Shown here piece after piece: positions 13,627 through 27,591 of a DNA stretch of 64,000 nucleotides. Source of the DNA: Neovahlkampfia damariscottae (lineage: Eukaryota). Below the pieces are notes generated by a model that was given only the letters and a program-made list of their open reading frames with translations, was not told the origin of the DNA and did not search any database. The stretch's first letter is position 1. Every line of letters begins with the position of its first letter. The position numbers and the translations under genes are program-made. The stretch spans positions 124,001 to 188,000 of the forward strand of contig JABLTG010000014.1 in assembly GCA_016618085.1 (NCBI GenBank), given 5' to 3'.

Positions 13627-15053
13627 ATGGGTCAACAAGGAATGCCAAAGAAAGATGATAAAAAAGTAAAAAACGAAGATTTTTTTGAATTTATTTTTTT
13701 TTTTAGAATCAACAAGACAAACCAAAAAAAAAATTTGAACAACCAATTCCATCAAGAGTTGGTCGTAAAAAGAAAAATAAAGGACCACAAATTGCGGAAA
13801 AACTTCCTGACGTAACACCAAACTCCAAATGTAAACTTCGTCTTTTAAAACTTGAAAGAATTAAAGACTTTCTTTTAATTGAAGAAGAATTTATCACAAA
13901 TCAAGAAATTTTAAATCCAAAAGAAGAATCAGTAGAACAAGAAAGAACCAAAGTTGATCAACTCAGAGGTACACCAATTCCAATTGGTACTCTTGAAGAA
14001 ATTATTGATGATAATCATGCTATTATTAGGTTTGATATTTATTGTTTATTAAAATAATATTTAAAGTTCTGTTGGACCAGAATATTATGTTAGTATTTTA
14101 TCTATTGTTGATAAAGATCAACTTGAACCAGGTTGTTCAATTCTTTTACATAATAAAGCACTAGCAGTTACAGGTATTTTACAAGATGAAGTTGATCCAC
14201 TTGTTAATGTTATGAGAGTTGATAAAGCACCAACAGAGTCTTATGCTGATATTGGTGGTTTGGAAACTCAAATTCAAGAAATTAAAGAGTCAGTTGAATT
14301 ACCATTAACCCATCCTGAACTTTATGAAGATATGGGAATTAGACCTCCAAAAGGTGTTATTTTATATGGTGAACCAGGTTTGAATCAAATATTTATACTA
14401 AAATTATATTAAAAGGTACTGGTAAAACATTGTTAGCAAAAGCTGTTGCAAATAGTACAAGTGCTACATTTTTAAGAGTTGTTGGTTCAGAGTTAATTCA
14501 AAAATATTTAGGAGAAGGTCCAAAACTTGTTAGAGAATTGTTTAGAGTTGCAGAAGAGTGCGCACCTTCTATTGTTTTTATTGATGAAATTGATGCTGTT
14601 GGTACAAAAAGATATAATGCCAACTCTGGTGGAGAAAGAGAAATTCAACGTACCATGCTTGAACTTTTAAATCAACTTGATGGTTTTGATTCACGTGGTG
14701 ATGTAAAAGTTATTATGGCAACAAATAGAATTGAATCTTTAGATACAGCTCTTATTCGTCCAGGTAGAATTGACAGAAAAATTGAATTTCCTTTGCCTGA
14801 TATGAAAACTAAAAAAATGATTTTCCAAATTCATACAAAGAAAATGAGTTTGGCGAAAGATTTGAATTTAGATGAATTTACATCTTCAAAAGATGAACTT
14901 TCAGGTGCTGATATTAAAGCTATTTGTACTGAAGCAGGTTTATTAGCTTTAAGAGAAAGAAGAAGACAAGTTTCTCATGATGATTTTGAAAAAGCAAAAG
15001 AAAGAGTTTTATACAAAAAAAGTCAAGGTGTACCAGAAGGATTATATTTATAA
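13627..15053 (+). CDS. PSMC1: 26S proteasome AAA-ATPase RPT2
   Basis: MG start, [13 protein letters not shown] Walker A, VFIDEID Walker B, C-terminal PEGLYL. Confidence 0.98.
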
Positions 15054-15141
15054 AATCTTATTTCTTTTTTAACTTCAATTTTGATTCCTATTATTTAATA
15101 GATCTCACTTGAAGTTTAGTCTAGAATTCTTTAAACAAATT

Positions 15142-15214
15142 GTTGAGCTCAACGGAAAGAAAGTTTAAAAATAACTTTTTTTTTTCTAATTGGTTCAAAT
15201 CAACTCCGTTGAGC
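15142..15214. promoter_or_regulatory. Palindrome plus perfect 10-bp inverted repeat flanking the ECM29 CCAAT box
   Basis: GTTGAGCTCAAC at 15142-15153; GCTCAACGGA at 15147-15156 and TCCGTTGAGC at 15205-15214; ATTGG at 15189. Confidence 0.5.
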
Positions 15215-15225
15215 ATAGAAATATA

Positions 15226-18200
15226 ATGCCACCTTCAGTAGAAAAACTTTGTTCTATTGTTGATAATATATCAACAAAAATTGCTTTGGCTACTTCAAAA
15301 ACGATAAATGAATTATTATCTGACTATTTACCAAAGTTATTACAATTACTCATTTATCCAGATGATAAAGTGAGAAATAAAGTAAAAAAAGAATAATTAA
15401 ATTCATTAGGTTGTATCTTCTTTGACACAAATTAGTAGAAGAATTAAAACTGAAGAAGAAATACAATTACCAACAGAAAAACTTCTTCAATTATATTCAT
15501 CAGGTAAAAATAAAATAATAATTAAAAAATATATAGAATCAGATTCACCATTTTTAAAAAATTTTTCCAAATTATTTTTTGAACTTTCATGGAAGAGATG
15601 TAAAGAAGAAGAAAAAGGAAATTTATTTTCAATCATGTTTTTAAAATTAAAAAATGATTCATCTGATTCAATTTATTTAAAATTCATATTAGAAGTTTTA
15701 GAGTATACCAAATCAATGGATGAAATAAAAAAAAATGAAGAAAAAAAAAATATATTATTAGATTATTTTCAAGATATTTTATTATGTCAACATAATTTTT
15801 CAGTTGAAAAGTTTTATTTTTTTTATTTAAAATAACTTTATTAGATTAATTATACCTGATGGATTATCACTTTCAAGTTTAAAAGTTATTGTTGGAAATG
15901 GATTAACAAATTTAGAATTAATTAAATACAAAGTAAAGTGGATTATTATATTATTTAAAAATATTAAAGGAATCTATTTTAAATTTTATTAAATTACAAG
16001 TATTAGATTTTAATGAAATATATCCACTCTTATTAATAGCATCATGTGATGAAAAAGATTCAATTTCAAGTACAGCTATAACATTAATTAGAAAATTAGA
16101 TGGATTAAATTTAGATGATAAAAATGTAAAATATATATTTCTTTTATTTTTGACTAACCTACTATTTAAAGTTAATTAAAAGAATTGGTGAATTATATTT
16201 AGGTAGAAAAGATAGATCAAGGTATTCAAATAATAAATTATTTAATTAAAATGAATAGAGCACCTGAAAAATTAAAGATTAAAATATTAACACAATTTTT
16301 ATTAACAGAAATATCTGCTAATATGTTTCCATTAACAAAAGAAATTATTAATGATTCATTCATTTCAGAATCATCTTCAACAAAATTAAAAGTTATTGGA
16401 ATGCAATTCTTTTTATTTGTAATTGAAAAAGGAGAAGAAATTGAAAAATATTCAAATGAATTTTTTGATTCTTTATTTGATTCATTTACTAAAGTACTTC
16501 AAAATGATTTAAGAGATGAAAATGTTTATTTAAGTTTAGGTGCACTTTGTAAAAAGTTTCCAAATTTAGTTCAAAAAAAAGTTTATATTTTAAAAATGTA
16601 TTTTGAAATGTTATCAAAAGAATCACCAAAAGTTAAAATGATTATTCAACAAGGTTTATCTTCTTTAATGAGTGCATATAAACAATCAAAAGAATTAGAA
16701 TTCATTTTATTAGAAGTTTTAGATTTATTTAAACAAGATCATTATTGTAAATATTCTGCTTTACAAGGTGCAAACAAAATATTTCCATTCAATCATATTC
16801 CTTCAAGATATATGTGTATTGTAAGAGTGTATTTATTATTATTAATATATTAATAGATATCTATTGGTGATTCACATTTAAGTGTAAGAGAAGAAGCATT
16901 TAGAGGTACTGATTCAGAAAGATTTACAAAATATCGTCAAAATCAATTAATTAAAAATGAATATCCAAATTTTACAGAAATGATTAATTATGTTTATGAA
17001 AAAAAGAAAATATTATCTGATGAAAGTATGTATATTTTATTATTTAATCTTTCTTTTTAAATAAGGTAATATTTCTTTAATCAAATTTTTAAAAAATTGT
17101 TTACCAAAACAAAATATTGAATTATTATCCAATGAAATAGTCACAAAATATTTAATATTAATGATTGATTGTTTAAATGAAAAATCAAATAATAATTTAC
17201 AATTTGAATCATCATCAAATTTACTTTCATTTATTTCAAATAATTTTAAAAAATATGCACCAATCATTTCAAAATATTTTTTAAAATTAAAATCATTCAT
17301 TTATATTGGTGATGAATATTCAAGAGAAAAGTTTTCAAAATTAATTTCAATTTTATATTTCTTTATTGAAGAAGAAGATATTAAAAATGAATTTTTTAAT
17401 GAATTAAAGAATAATATAAAAAATAAATCAGAATCAATGATGCATGGATCAATATTAACATTTGGAAATATATCATGTTTATATTTTAAAAAGAATTTAA
17501 AATTTATTGAAGATTTTGATGAAAAATATATCATTTCATTATTAGATCATCATAAATCATTAGTACAATATGCTGCATGTAATACAATTGGTGAAATGGG
17601 TAAATATGCTTCATTTTCAAATACTGAAAATGTTATTGAAATTTTAAAAAAAAAATTAAATTCAAAAAATGTTGAAACAAAATTACAAGAAAAAATAATA
17701 ACTACATTAGGTCATATTAGTTTAAATGAAAAAAAAGATCAAAATTTAATTTCAATTTTAGAAATATTTTTTGAATTAAGTGATAATAAAGCAGAAGAAA
17801 TACATTTTACAATTGGTGAATCATTATCAATGCTTTGTGGTGGATTTGAATTTAGTGATGTTTCAAAAGATGAATTCTTTTATTTTGAAGAATCAATTAT
17901 TAAAACATCAAATGATTTCTTAACTTTTACATTAAAAAAATTAATTAAAGAAGGTGTTTTATCACCAAAAAGAATTGTTAGATTTTCATCTTCTATTTGG
18001 TTATTAACTTTGATTAAACATTGTTCAAATCATCCAGATTTATCACAATATGCAAATGATTTACAACAAGCATTTACTTTATTATTATCTGATAATAATC
18101 CAATTACACAAGAAGTTGCTTCAAAAGGTTTAACAATGTTATATGAAATGGGAAATGATGATATTAAAAATGAATTAGTAAATTCTTTAGTTGATTCTTT

Positions 18201-20666
18201 ATCTGGAAAAAAGAAAAATGTAATTCAATCACAACAAGAATTATTATTATTTCCAGAAAAATCAAATTTTGATAAAAATGGTCCAACATCATCTTATCAA
18301 GAATTAGTATCAGTTGTGTAACAAAAATAATTATTTTAAATTTTAAATTAGTAATGATATTGGAAAACCTGAATTAATTTATAAATTCCTTTCTATTTCA
18401 AATCATCATACATTATGGAATACAAAAAAAGCAGCTGCATTTAGTGCTGCTTCAATTATAAATTTAGTTGGTAATGATGATAAAGAATTAGAAGAAATGT
18501 TACCAACATTAGTTCCAAAATTATTTCGTTATATTTTTGATCCAAATCCATTAATTAGTTCAAGTATGAGAGATATGTGGAAATCTTTAGTTCCAAATCC
18601 AAAAAAGACAATTGATCAATATTTAAAAGAAATTATGAAAGAATTAGTTTCAAATATTACAAGTAATTTATGGAGAGTTAGACAAGCATGTTGTGATGCT
18701 CTTTCTGATATTTATTCAGGAAGAAGATTTATTGAAATGGAAGAATTTATTGAACCAACTCTTGATAAATTATTTAGAGTATCAGATGATGTTAAAGAAA
18801 CAAGTCAAAAAGCAGCAATGCAATGCTTAAAACAATTAACTAATTTTCTTACAAAATGTTGTAATCCAATTTATACACCAAAAGAACAAGTTGATAGAGC
18901 ATTGAAATTAATTTTAAGTATTGTACTTGAAAAGGGAATTTTATTTCCAACAGGTAAATATATTCAATAGATTTTAACATTCAGATTTTATTCGTGGTTA
19001 TTCATTAGAAACTATTCAATCTATTGTTAAAGTTACAAAATCACATATTAAACCATATATTGCTGATGTCATTTCAACACTTTTACAACAAATGTCTGTT
19101 TTAGAACCTTCAATGTTCAATTATATTCAAAATATGGGTGGAACTGAACAAAAAGAATTATCTGCTCAACTTGAAAGAATGAGAGTTCAAATGGCTGCAT
19201 CAGGACCAATTGCTCAAATTATTATTAATTGTCAAAATCATATTGATGATCAAGTAATGAAAGATTTAGTTCCAAAATTATTAGAAATTATGAAAGGTGG
19301 TGTTGGTCTTCCAACAAGGTAATCATTTGATATATTTTAATTTAATTTTAAAAGAATTGGAACATCAAAACTTTTAGGTGAATTAGCAAAATTTAATGGA
19401 AGTGGAATGAAACCTTATGTTAAATCATTGATAAAAATGATTTTGAACACTATTAAATCGACATCTGTCTCATCTTCTGAAAAATCAAATTTAGCTAAGA
19501 CATTACCTGATATTATTAAATTGGGAAAAACATCTGATGGAAAATTAATGATTCAAGAAATAGTATTAATGTATCAAAATAATTCAGATCCTGAAATTCA
19601 ATATACTAGTGGTGTAATTTCATTATACCTTGCACAACACGTTTTAGGAATTGTTTCTCATTTCTTTCCTGTAATATTACCTACAATTTTTATTGGAAGA
19701 CATGATGATAATGAAAAGGTTTCACAAATTTGGAATGAAGTTTGGAGTGAAGTTGCAACTGCTGGATCAAAAAATTTATTATTAAAATATCTTGAAGATA
19801 TTGTCAAAGAATGCACCAAATTATTGGATCATTCATCTTGGAATATGAAAAAACAAGGAGCTCTTGGATTCAAAGAAATAGCTGATACATTAGAAAATGA
19901 TATTCCATTAGAAATGAGAGAAACTTTGATTGATTTCTTAATTAAAAAATTAGTCAGCAAAACTTGGGAAGGGAAAGAAGTTGTTTTAGATGCAATTGCT
20001 TCACTTTCAAACTATAATAATCATCAAAAAGTGAAACCTGAAGAAATTATGAAGAGTTTATTGAAAGAAGCCAAAAAATCGAAGAATTTTGTTTATGTTT
20101 TTCATGCATTAGAAGCATTGGAAAAAAGTAGTAGAGGAAAAAATGATGAATTCTTTGAATCATTCATTGAATTTTTGAAAGAAAAATTATCTATTGAAGA
20201 ATTAAAATTCGAAGATGATATCAAACTTGATCAAAAAAGAAAAGAACAAAAACTATTTTTTGAAAATAGAAGAATCTTAGTGAAATGTATTTCAAAAATA
20301 CTCCCAGAGAACGAAAAAAAAGGAATTGAATTTTATTTTTCATTCATTTTTGATCAATCTAAGAAAGTGATTTTGTTTAGTGAAAGAATTGAAATGTTGA
20401 ATGTTGTTGAAAACTTTATTTCAAAATTTGGTGATGAAAAACATTTGATTGAATTATTGATCAATATTTTATTTGAAAATATGGATTATTTAAAACCTAA
20501 TGAAGTCAAATTGAGAGTGGCAGAAGTTTTTCAAACATTTTTAGAAAAAAAAGATGTGTCCACAATCGTTAAAAGCTTGAAAGAACGTGTTGAAACAACC
20601 ATCAAAAATGAAAAGGATAAGAATGTCAAAGAAAAATTTGAGAAATTAAATAAATTTTTCCATTAA
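15226..20666 (+). CDS. ECPAS: Proteasome adaptor/scaffold ECM29
   Basis: HFTIGESL, QEVASKGLTMLYEMG, HHTLWNTKKAAAF, VPKLFRYIFDPNP, WRVRQACCDAL, KTWEGKE; about 11 tiny introns. Confidence 0.93.
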
Positions 20667-20914
20667 TTTTGCCATCATTTTGTTTACTATTTTCGGAGCA
20701 ACGAATTTCTTTTTTTCGCATATAGACAAATTTGGAAGGTGAAAATCCTCCGCTGGAAGTAATTAATTTGCAGAAAAAAGTGAAAATAATTGTTTTTCAG
20801 CAAACTTTTTTCAACTGAAAATTGTAATTGGTGGAGAAATAAATACAGGTTATTTGATTGGTTCATTTCATTTACAAAAAAGTTTCCAACAGAAGTTAAA
20901 CCTTTCCGGTTACA

Positions 20915-21411
20915 AGTAAGATTACTTTTATTTCTGACCTATAGTGTGCTTTATATCACCTTCAACAGCGTTACAAAGAATAAAAATAGAGAAAAAAAAA
21001 CCTAAAGTCAACACAGAAAGTGTTCAAAAAATTGTCAAACAAGAAAAAACTGAAAACTATAAACAACTCAAAACAATCAAAAGAATACTTGACCGTTTTG
21101 AACAAAGCGGTATTGAATGTCCAAGTTACATCAAACTTCACTCAGAAGGAAAGTCCAGTGACTTTGGAGAAGATTCATTCAAAAAATTGGATTATGATGG
21201 AGAAAGAGAAGTTCCTGTTTTCAGAAAAAATAATTCACTTGGATTGATGATAAATATGGAAACATTCGAAGAGCAAGTTGAATCTCCTCAAAAGAATATG
21301 ATGTTTGAAGAATTTGAACCATTATTCAATTATGACAACTTATTTGATGGAAAAGAAATTTCAGATTTATTATCTTCATTGGAAGACAAAAGAATCAGCA
21401 TTGATTTCTAA
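20915..21411 (+). CDS. Hypothetical 155-aa protein; ATG formed by splicing (A|TG)
   Basis: A at 20915, intron 20916-20944 (GTAAG..TATAG), then TG TGC TTT...; in-frame TAA just upstream. Confidence 0.65.
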
Positions 21412-21607
21412 CCTCTTCAACAATGTATAAATAAATTATTTTTTTAGTTTAATCTTTCTTTCCATTTGATCATCTATTGTTGTAAGTTTCATTATTATTA
21501 ATTTTTAACAGGAAAAGAAGACGTCAATTGAATATTCCAATTTAATCGTTAATTTTAGAACCTTCTTTTGATTGGTTAACCTTACACCACAATTTTCATT
21601 TGCTTCA

Positions 21608-22938
21608 ATGTGTGGATTTAAACCACTGAGTAATTAATTGTTTTATTAAATATTGTTATTAGGTTATGCTTTGGCATTTTTTTGTCTGATAGGCATAACT
21701 TTGATGGTAATCAAAAACTAAAAAAAATATACTCACTCTGAAATAGTTTTTTGGAGGATTTGTTGTTTTTTATGAATTTTTACAAGTTCCAAAAGAAGTT
21801 TTTGCATATAACAGATTAGCAGCAGTATTTTTTCTATAATCTTACTTTTTAGAATTTTCGTTATATAAAAAGTGACTTAATACGCCAAGATTTTAAGTAT
21901 CTGGATGAATTTAATCATACTTCAGGAATATCGAACAAAATAGAGACAGCAGATTCATTTAATCAAAATCATGCTAATTATTTGACTCAATATTCTCCAC
22001 TGATTTATCAAATTTCAGCAGTTGACTTTTTATCGAAAACATCAATACAAATAATACCCGAGAAATTGGAAAATGTTTACTTGAATATAAATATCAATAA
22101 TTTGAAAGAAAAATTGAAGTTATTCAAATTCGAAACTTTGGATGATGGTAAGTTGAAAAATGAATTAATTTAGAAAAGGATTTAATGAAAATGAATGTAG
22201 AAATATCAATGGTGTTTGGAAAGAGAGGAAATGTATTTTAATTAAGGTAAAATTAGATGTAAATTAAAATAAAAAGAAACTGACGAACTCTTGTTCTAAA
22301 ATAAATTATCAATATGGAAAGATCATATTTGATTATTCATAGTAATATCATGATTCATTTATAAACTATTTAGTGGTGGAAAAGGTTGTTATCCACAATT
22401 TATCAGACCTTTTGTATTTTCTCATGAACCAGAAAGATTTGACACAACTATTCCAATTTTTAATCAAACAAGTTAGAAAAAAAATATATTTTAAAAGTTA
22501 AAAGATGAAATTGATGTTAGTTTTAAATCAACAACTTTTACTTTGAGACATAAGGAAGTAAGAAGAATAATTTTATTTTTTTTTTAATATAATTCATATT
22601 AGGATCCTTATTTGTATGTATTGAATGTTTCTCAAGCAAGTCCTATTAATTTTCCTCTTCCTACACCATTATTTGGAATTGGAACTCTCTATCTTGGTAT
22701 ATTATTTTTAGTATTTGGTTTTATCATTTTAGATGCTTCAATTATAGCTGTAATTATACTGTGTTCAATACCAAGTCAAAGAAGATTATTATTTGTGAAT
22801 ATGACAGAAGAACATGAATTATTACTAAGTTTGATTTGATTTTTTAATCTTTTAGAATTACAAACAGAAGCAATTAGAAATGAAAAAAAACAAGAAACTA
22901 GTTGGTCAACATATTTATTTCCATCAACTTATGAATAA
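21608..22938 (+). CDS. Hypothetical membrane protein with two hydrophobic segments and a Cys-containing loop, about 10 exons
   Basis: Open after GT-AG splicing: MCGFKPLSYALAFFCLIGITLMFFGG...TLRHKEDPYLY...LYLGILFLVFGFIIL...PSTYE*. Confidence 0.7.
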
Positions 22939-22974
22939 AAATAGATTTATTTTTAATAACCAATCAAATCATTC

Positions 22975-25769
22975 ATGTTCAAAAAGGTAAAACAAAGTGG
23001 ATAAACATTAACAAATTAAAGTTATTTCAAGGATCTGGATTATTTGATTCATCTGGATTTGAGTCACCATTTACACCAACATCAATTAAAGATAATACAA
23101 GTTATAGTGAAATATGTAAAAAAGTTGAAAAAAAAATAAAAATAAGAAGAAGTGTGAATATTGATTCAGATAAAGTATTAAAGATTTTAAGGAGTATGTT
23201 AATTATATATACAGGATATATTGATATAGTTGATAAAAATAATAAAAGAAAGACAAATATTATTATAATGACTGAAAACGTTATTGGTATTTTTGATTTA
23301 GATGAAAATTTTGTATCAAAAATTGGATATTTTGATATTAAACATATATTACATCAATATGAAAAGACAAACAAAGGAAGTATAATATTTCTTTTAAATG
23401 ATGATCATATTAAAGGTAAGTTTAAAAAATGTATATTTATAATTCAAAGAATTATATTGTTTTAATAAATTTGAAATATTTGAATTTATAAATATATCAG
23501 TATTTGCACTTCAAGATATAAAAGAAATATTAAAAAAAGAAGAAAATCATAAAATGGAATCACAAAAATCATCATTAAGTTTATCAAAACAAATAAAAGA
23601 AAAAAAAGAAGAAAATTATAAAGAAAAATTATCTATTAAATCTATTAAAAATATTATGGATTATAAAAAAACAAAGAAATTAGTTTTATATGAATACCCA
23701 AATTATTATTTTCAAAATAATTTTGATTATGAAAAATTATTAGAAAATTCAATGATCATTTCAACTTTATTAAATTTTAATGATCAAAAAATTATATTAT
23801 CGGATTTAATAAAAAATGAAAATGAAGAAAAATTATATTTAATTTTATCAAAAACTCATTTATTTTTATTTAATGAATTTGAATTAATTAGAAAGATTAA
23901 AATTAAAAATATAATGGAAATTAATGAGATTGGTAGTGGTGGTATTGATGTTGGTGTTGGTAGTAGTAGTGTTGGTAGTAGATTGAATGATGATGTTGAT
24001 GTTGGTAATGGTAATAGATTGAATGATGATCTTGGATTAGAATTGAATAATGAATTAAATGATAATACACTGTTAAATCAAAAGATTAAATTAAAAATTA
24101 AAAATGAATCTAATTTGATTATTTATTCAAAAAATAGAAAAGAAAAGATTATTAATTTATTAAAAGAAAAGAATGAAAATATAAAAATAAAAGAAGAAAA
24201 AGAAGAAAAAGAAGAATTAAAGGAATATAATATTAGATTAAGAGATGTTAATGATATTAGAAATGAAATTAGAAAATTAGAAAATGAATTAGATAAAGAA
24301 CAAGAAGAAGAAGAAGAATTAATGGAAAGAATAGAGAATTTGATTGAAGTATCCATTTCAAAGGGAATTGAAAATGAAAAATTATTTCAAAATTTTTATT
24401 CAAAATATGAAAAGAAAAAGAATTCAATTTTATTAAAAGAAAAGTTTGAAAAAAATTTAAAGAAAAAGAAATTACAAAATACCTTAAAAATTAAAAAAGA
24501 TTTGAATGAAGAAGAAAAAAAAGAAATTGAAAAATTAATAAATTTAGAAAAGAAAAAAGAAGAATTATTTAATAGTGATGATTGGTCAATAAATGATGAT
24601 ACAATAAATAATGATGAATTAATTGAATATTTAAAGTTTCAATTAAAAAGATCAAAAAAATATTTTGAAATTGAAAATATTTTAAAATTTAATAAAATAT
24701 TAAAAATTAATGAACAGAATAGTGATAGTGGTACTACTCAATGGATTGAAAATATTGATGAAATTGAAAAAAAGAAATTTGAATTTTCAAAGAAACCATT
24801 TGAATATTTTATTAAAATTGAACAAATGGGATTACCTGAAAATAGAATTGAATCAAAACGATTTTTAATTTTTATTGATACTTTTGATAGGTTAGTTATT
24901 TTTAGATTTTTAATTCTCTTTTTAGATTGGGATATAACATCAAAAAAGAAAAGATAATATTAACAAAAATTGGAATTGAAAAAGAATTAAGTTTATTCAA
25001 TCGTAAATCTAAATCACCATTTTGTCATCATATTATTACTATTGAATTATTAAATTCAATAAATTTAGAGAATGATCAAATTATATCATTGAAGTTATCA
25101 AATCAACAAGAAAATGAAATTAAATTTCAAAATATTATAACATTTAAAAAGAATGAAAAAATGAAAATCATTGGTGTTTTAACTAGAGTATTAATAGCAC
25201 CTTCAATAAATGATAATTTAATGATGAATAAATCATTGTGGAATATTCAAAAATATGAAAATTCAATTTGGGATAAAAAATTAAATTCAAATCAAACTAT
25301 TTGGAGAATTATTTCAACCAATAAAATTATAAAAGAACATGGATTGAAAAATTTAAGATCAAATTTAGGTCTTTTTAAACCACCAAAATATGCAGATATT
25401 ACAATTATAGCAGGTAGAAATTTAATAAGTTGTGATAGTAATGGTTTTTCTGATCCTTATATTCTAATGAAATATGAAACTACAAAATTTAAATCAGAGA
25501 GAATTGAAAAAACATTACATCCTATCTTTAAAAATGCTACAATGAGAATTGAATTTAATAAGATTCCACATAATTTAGTTATTGAATGTTTTGATTTTAA
25601 TTATACTTCTTCATCTCAATTCATGGGTGAAATTAATATTCCAGTTTCGGATTTATATGCTGGTGAATTTTGGTATACTTTACAACCAAATTTAAGTGAC
25701 TATCCAAATTCAGAAGTATCAGGTGATTTGAAGATTTTAACAACATTTTATTTTCATGATTTTATTTAG
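22975..25769 (+). CDS. Coiled-coil protein with PH-like segments and a C-terminal C2 domain
   Basis: ITIIAGRNLISCDSNGFSDPYI...IECFDFN...FMGEI C2 motif; LILSKTHLFLF PH/TH1-like strand; 3 introns. Confidence 0.75.
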
Positions 25770-25910
25770 AAATAAAATGGTTTATTCTTTAGTTTGATAT
25801 TAATTCCTCATTTCATTTTCATGAAATATTTTTGAAAATTGAATTTAATTTATTAAATCGGTTAAATTCAATCATTTTCGGAGTAAAATCTGATTGGTCT
25901 GCATAAGTTG

Positions 25911-27498
25911 ATGAGAAGGACATTTTTTAAAAAAGTTGGTGTGAAATGGTATTCAAAGATAACTGAAAAAAAATATGAAAAAACAGTTTTTGATTTTGAT
26001 GATACAAAGACTATTTATTCTGAAAAAAAAACTTCTGAACTTTTAAAAAATTATATTTTAACTTCATCTTGCAGGTTCGTTTTATATTATGTTATTCAAT
26101 ATTTAGAATACCACTTGTTTCAAAAATAGGTGCGCCCGTACTTGTTCATGACCCCACCGGAATTGCTAAATTTTTTGCGAAGAGAACTTATTTCAAACAA
26201 TACATTGCGGGTGAAATTTTTGAAGAAACAGAATCAGTTATTGACGAAATTGCAAAGTTAAATATGAAAAGTATGCTTGATTATGGAGTTGAAACAGAAT
26301 ATTCTTTAAGAGGAGAAGAATTAAATAAGAAAATGAATCAGTAATATTATTAATCTAATTCTAATAATAGAACAACCAATGTTATTAAGAATTCAATCAC
26401 ATTCGCTAGTAAACATCCAAATGTTACAAATTGTGTGTTAAAATTAACTGGATTCTTTCCTGTTGAATTATTAGAAAGGATAAGTGAAATTTTATTATTT
26501 GTTGATGAATTCCCAGAATTTAAAGATAAATTATTACCAAAAATACTCAACTTTGAAAATTATAAACAAAATAAAACACCATCATTTCCAATTTCAAAAG
26601 AAACACCTCCAAAACCATTAAATGATGAAGAATTAGAAACACTTGATATTTCATTAAAAAGATTATTCAAAATTGCAGATGAATCAAAATTAGTGAATGT
26701 ACCACTTTTAGTTGATGCAGAACATTCAATTTATCAAGGTGCAATTGATGCATTATTCATGTTACTTGCATTAAATTATAATAAAGATGGACAAACATTA
26801 ATAAGCAATACATATCAAATGTATTTAAAAGATTCATTTGAAAGATTAACATTAGATCATCAATATTTGACATCAAGAGGTATTCCATTTGGAACCAAAT
26901 TAGTTAGAGGAGCATGTAAAACCTTATTTTTTATTAAACATTATTGCTTCAAGATATGCAATATGAAAATTTAAGAGTTGAAAGTTTAAATTTAAAAATA
27001 AATCCAATACAAAATGTTTGAATTATTATTCATTTCTAATCAAAATAAATGAAAAGGGTATTGAAAAAACACATGAAAATTATAAAAGAGGTGTTGATTT
27101 TTGTTTAGATAATATTGAAAATACTCATCTTGTTATTGCAAGTATGAATAAACAAACAGTTATTGATGCAGGTAATTGTTTAATGATTAAATATTATCAT
27201 AGTTGATGGTATTCATAAAAGAGGTTATCCAAAAAATCATCCAAAAATTGTATTTGCACAATTATATGGTATGGGTGACTTTCTATCTTTAAGTTTAGCA
27301 CAAAATGGATTTAATTTATCAAAATATTTAATATTTGGACCTGTTAGGTAATTTTAAAGTCTTTTTTTTTGAATCATTTTTAGAGAATTAATGCCATTCT
27401 TTTCAAGAAGATTACTTGAAAATTCAGATGTTTTAAGTGGATCAAAACAAGAAACAGATAGATTATTTAAAGAAATTAAAAGAAGACTATTTAATTAA
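25911..27498 (+). CDS. PRODH: Mitochondrial proline dehydrogenase family protein
   Basis: Arg-rich presequence, LLVDAE, NTYQMYLK, KLVRGA|Y, FAQLYGM, SRRLLENS. Confidence 0.92.
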
Positions 27499-27591
27499 TA
27501 AATATTGATCAAATATTTAGTAGATGAATTGGATGTAATTTTGATGTTTAACATCAACACTTAAAAAGTTTGAGATTTTATCCAATCAAAA

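Noticed and set aside
20667..20900. Possible ncRNA in a longer, GC-richer intergenic gap
   Set aside because: Only weak hairpins; no recognisable tRNA, snRNA or snoRNA boxes
23930..24065. Gly/Ser/Asp-rich short repeats in the C2-domain gene
   Set aside because: In-frame low-complexity slippage; no element structure
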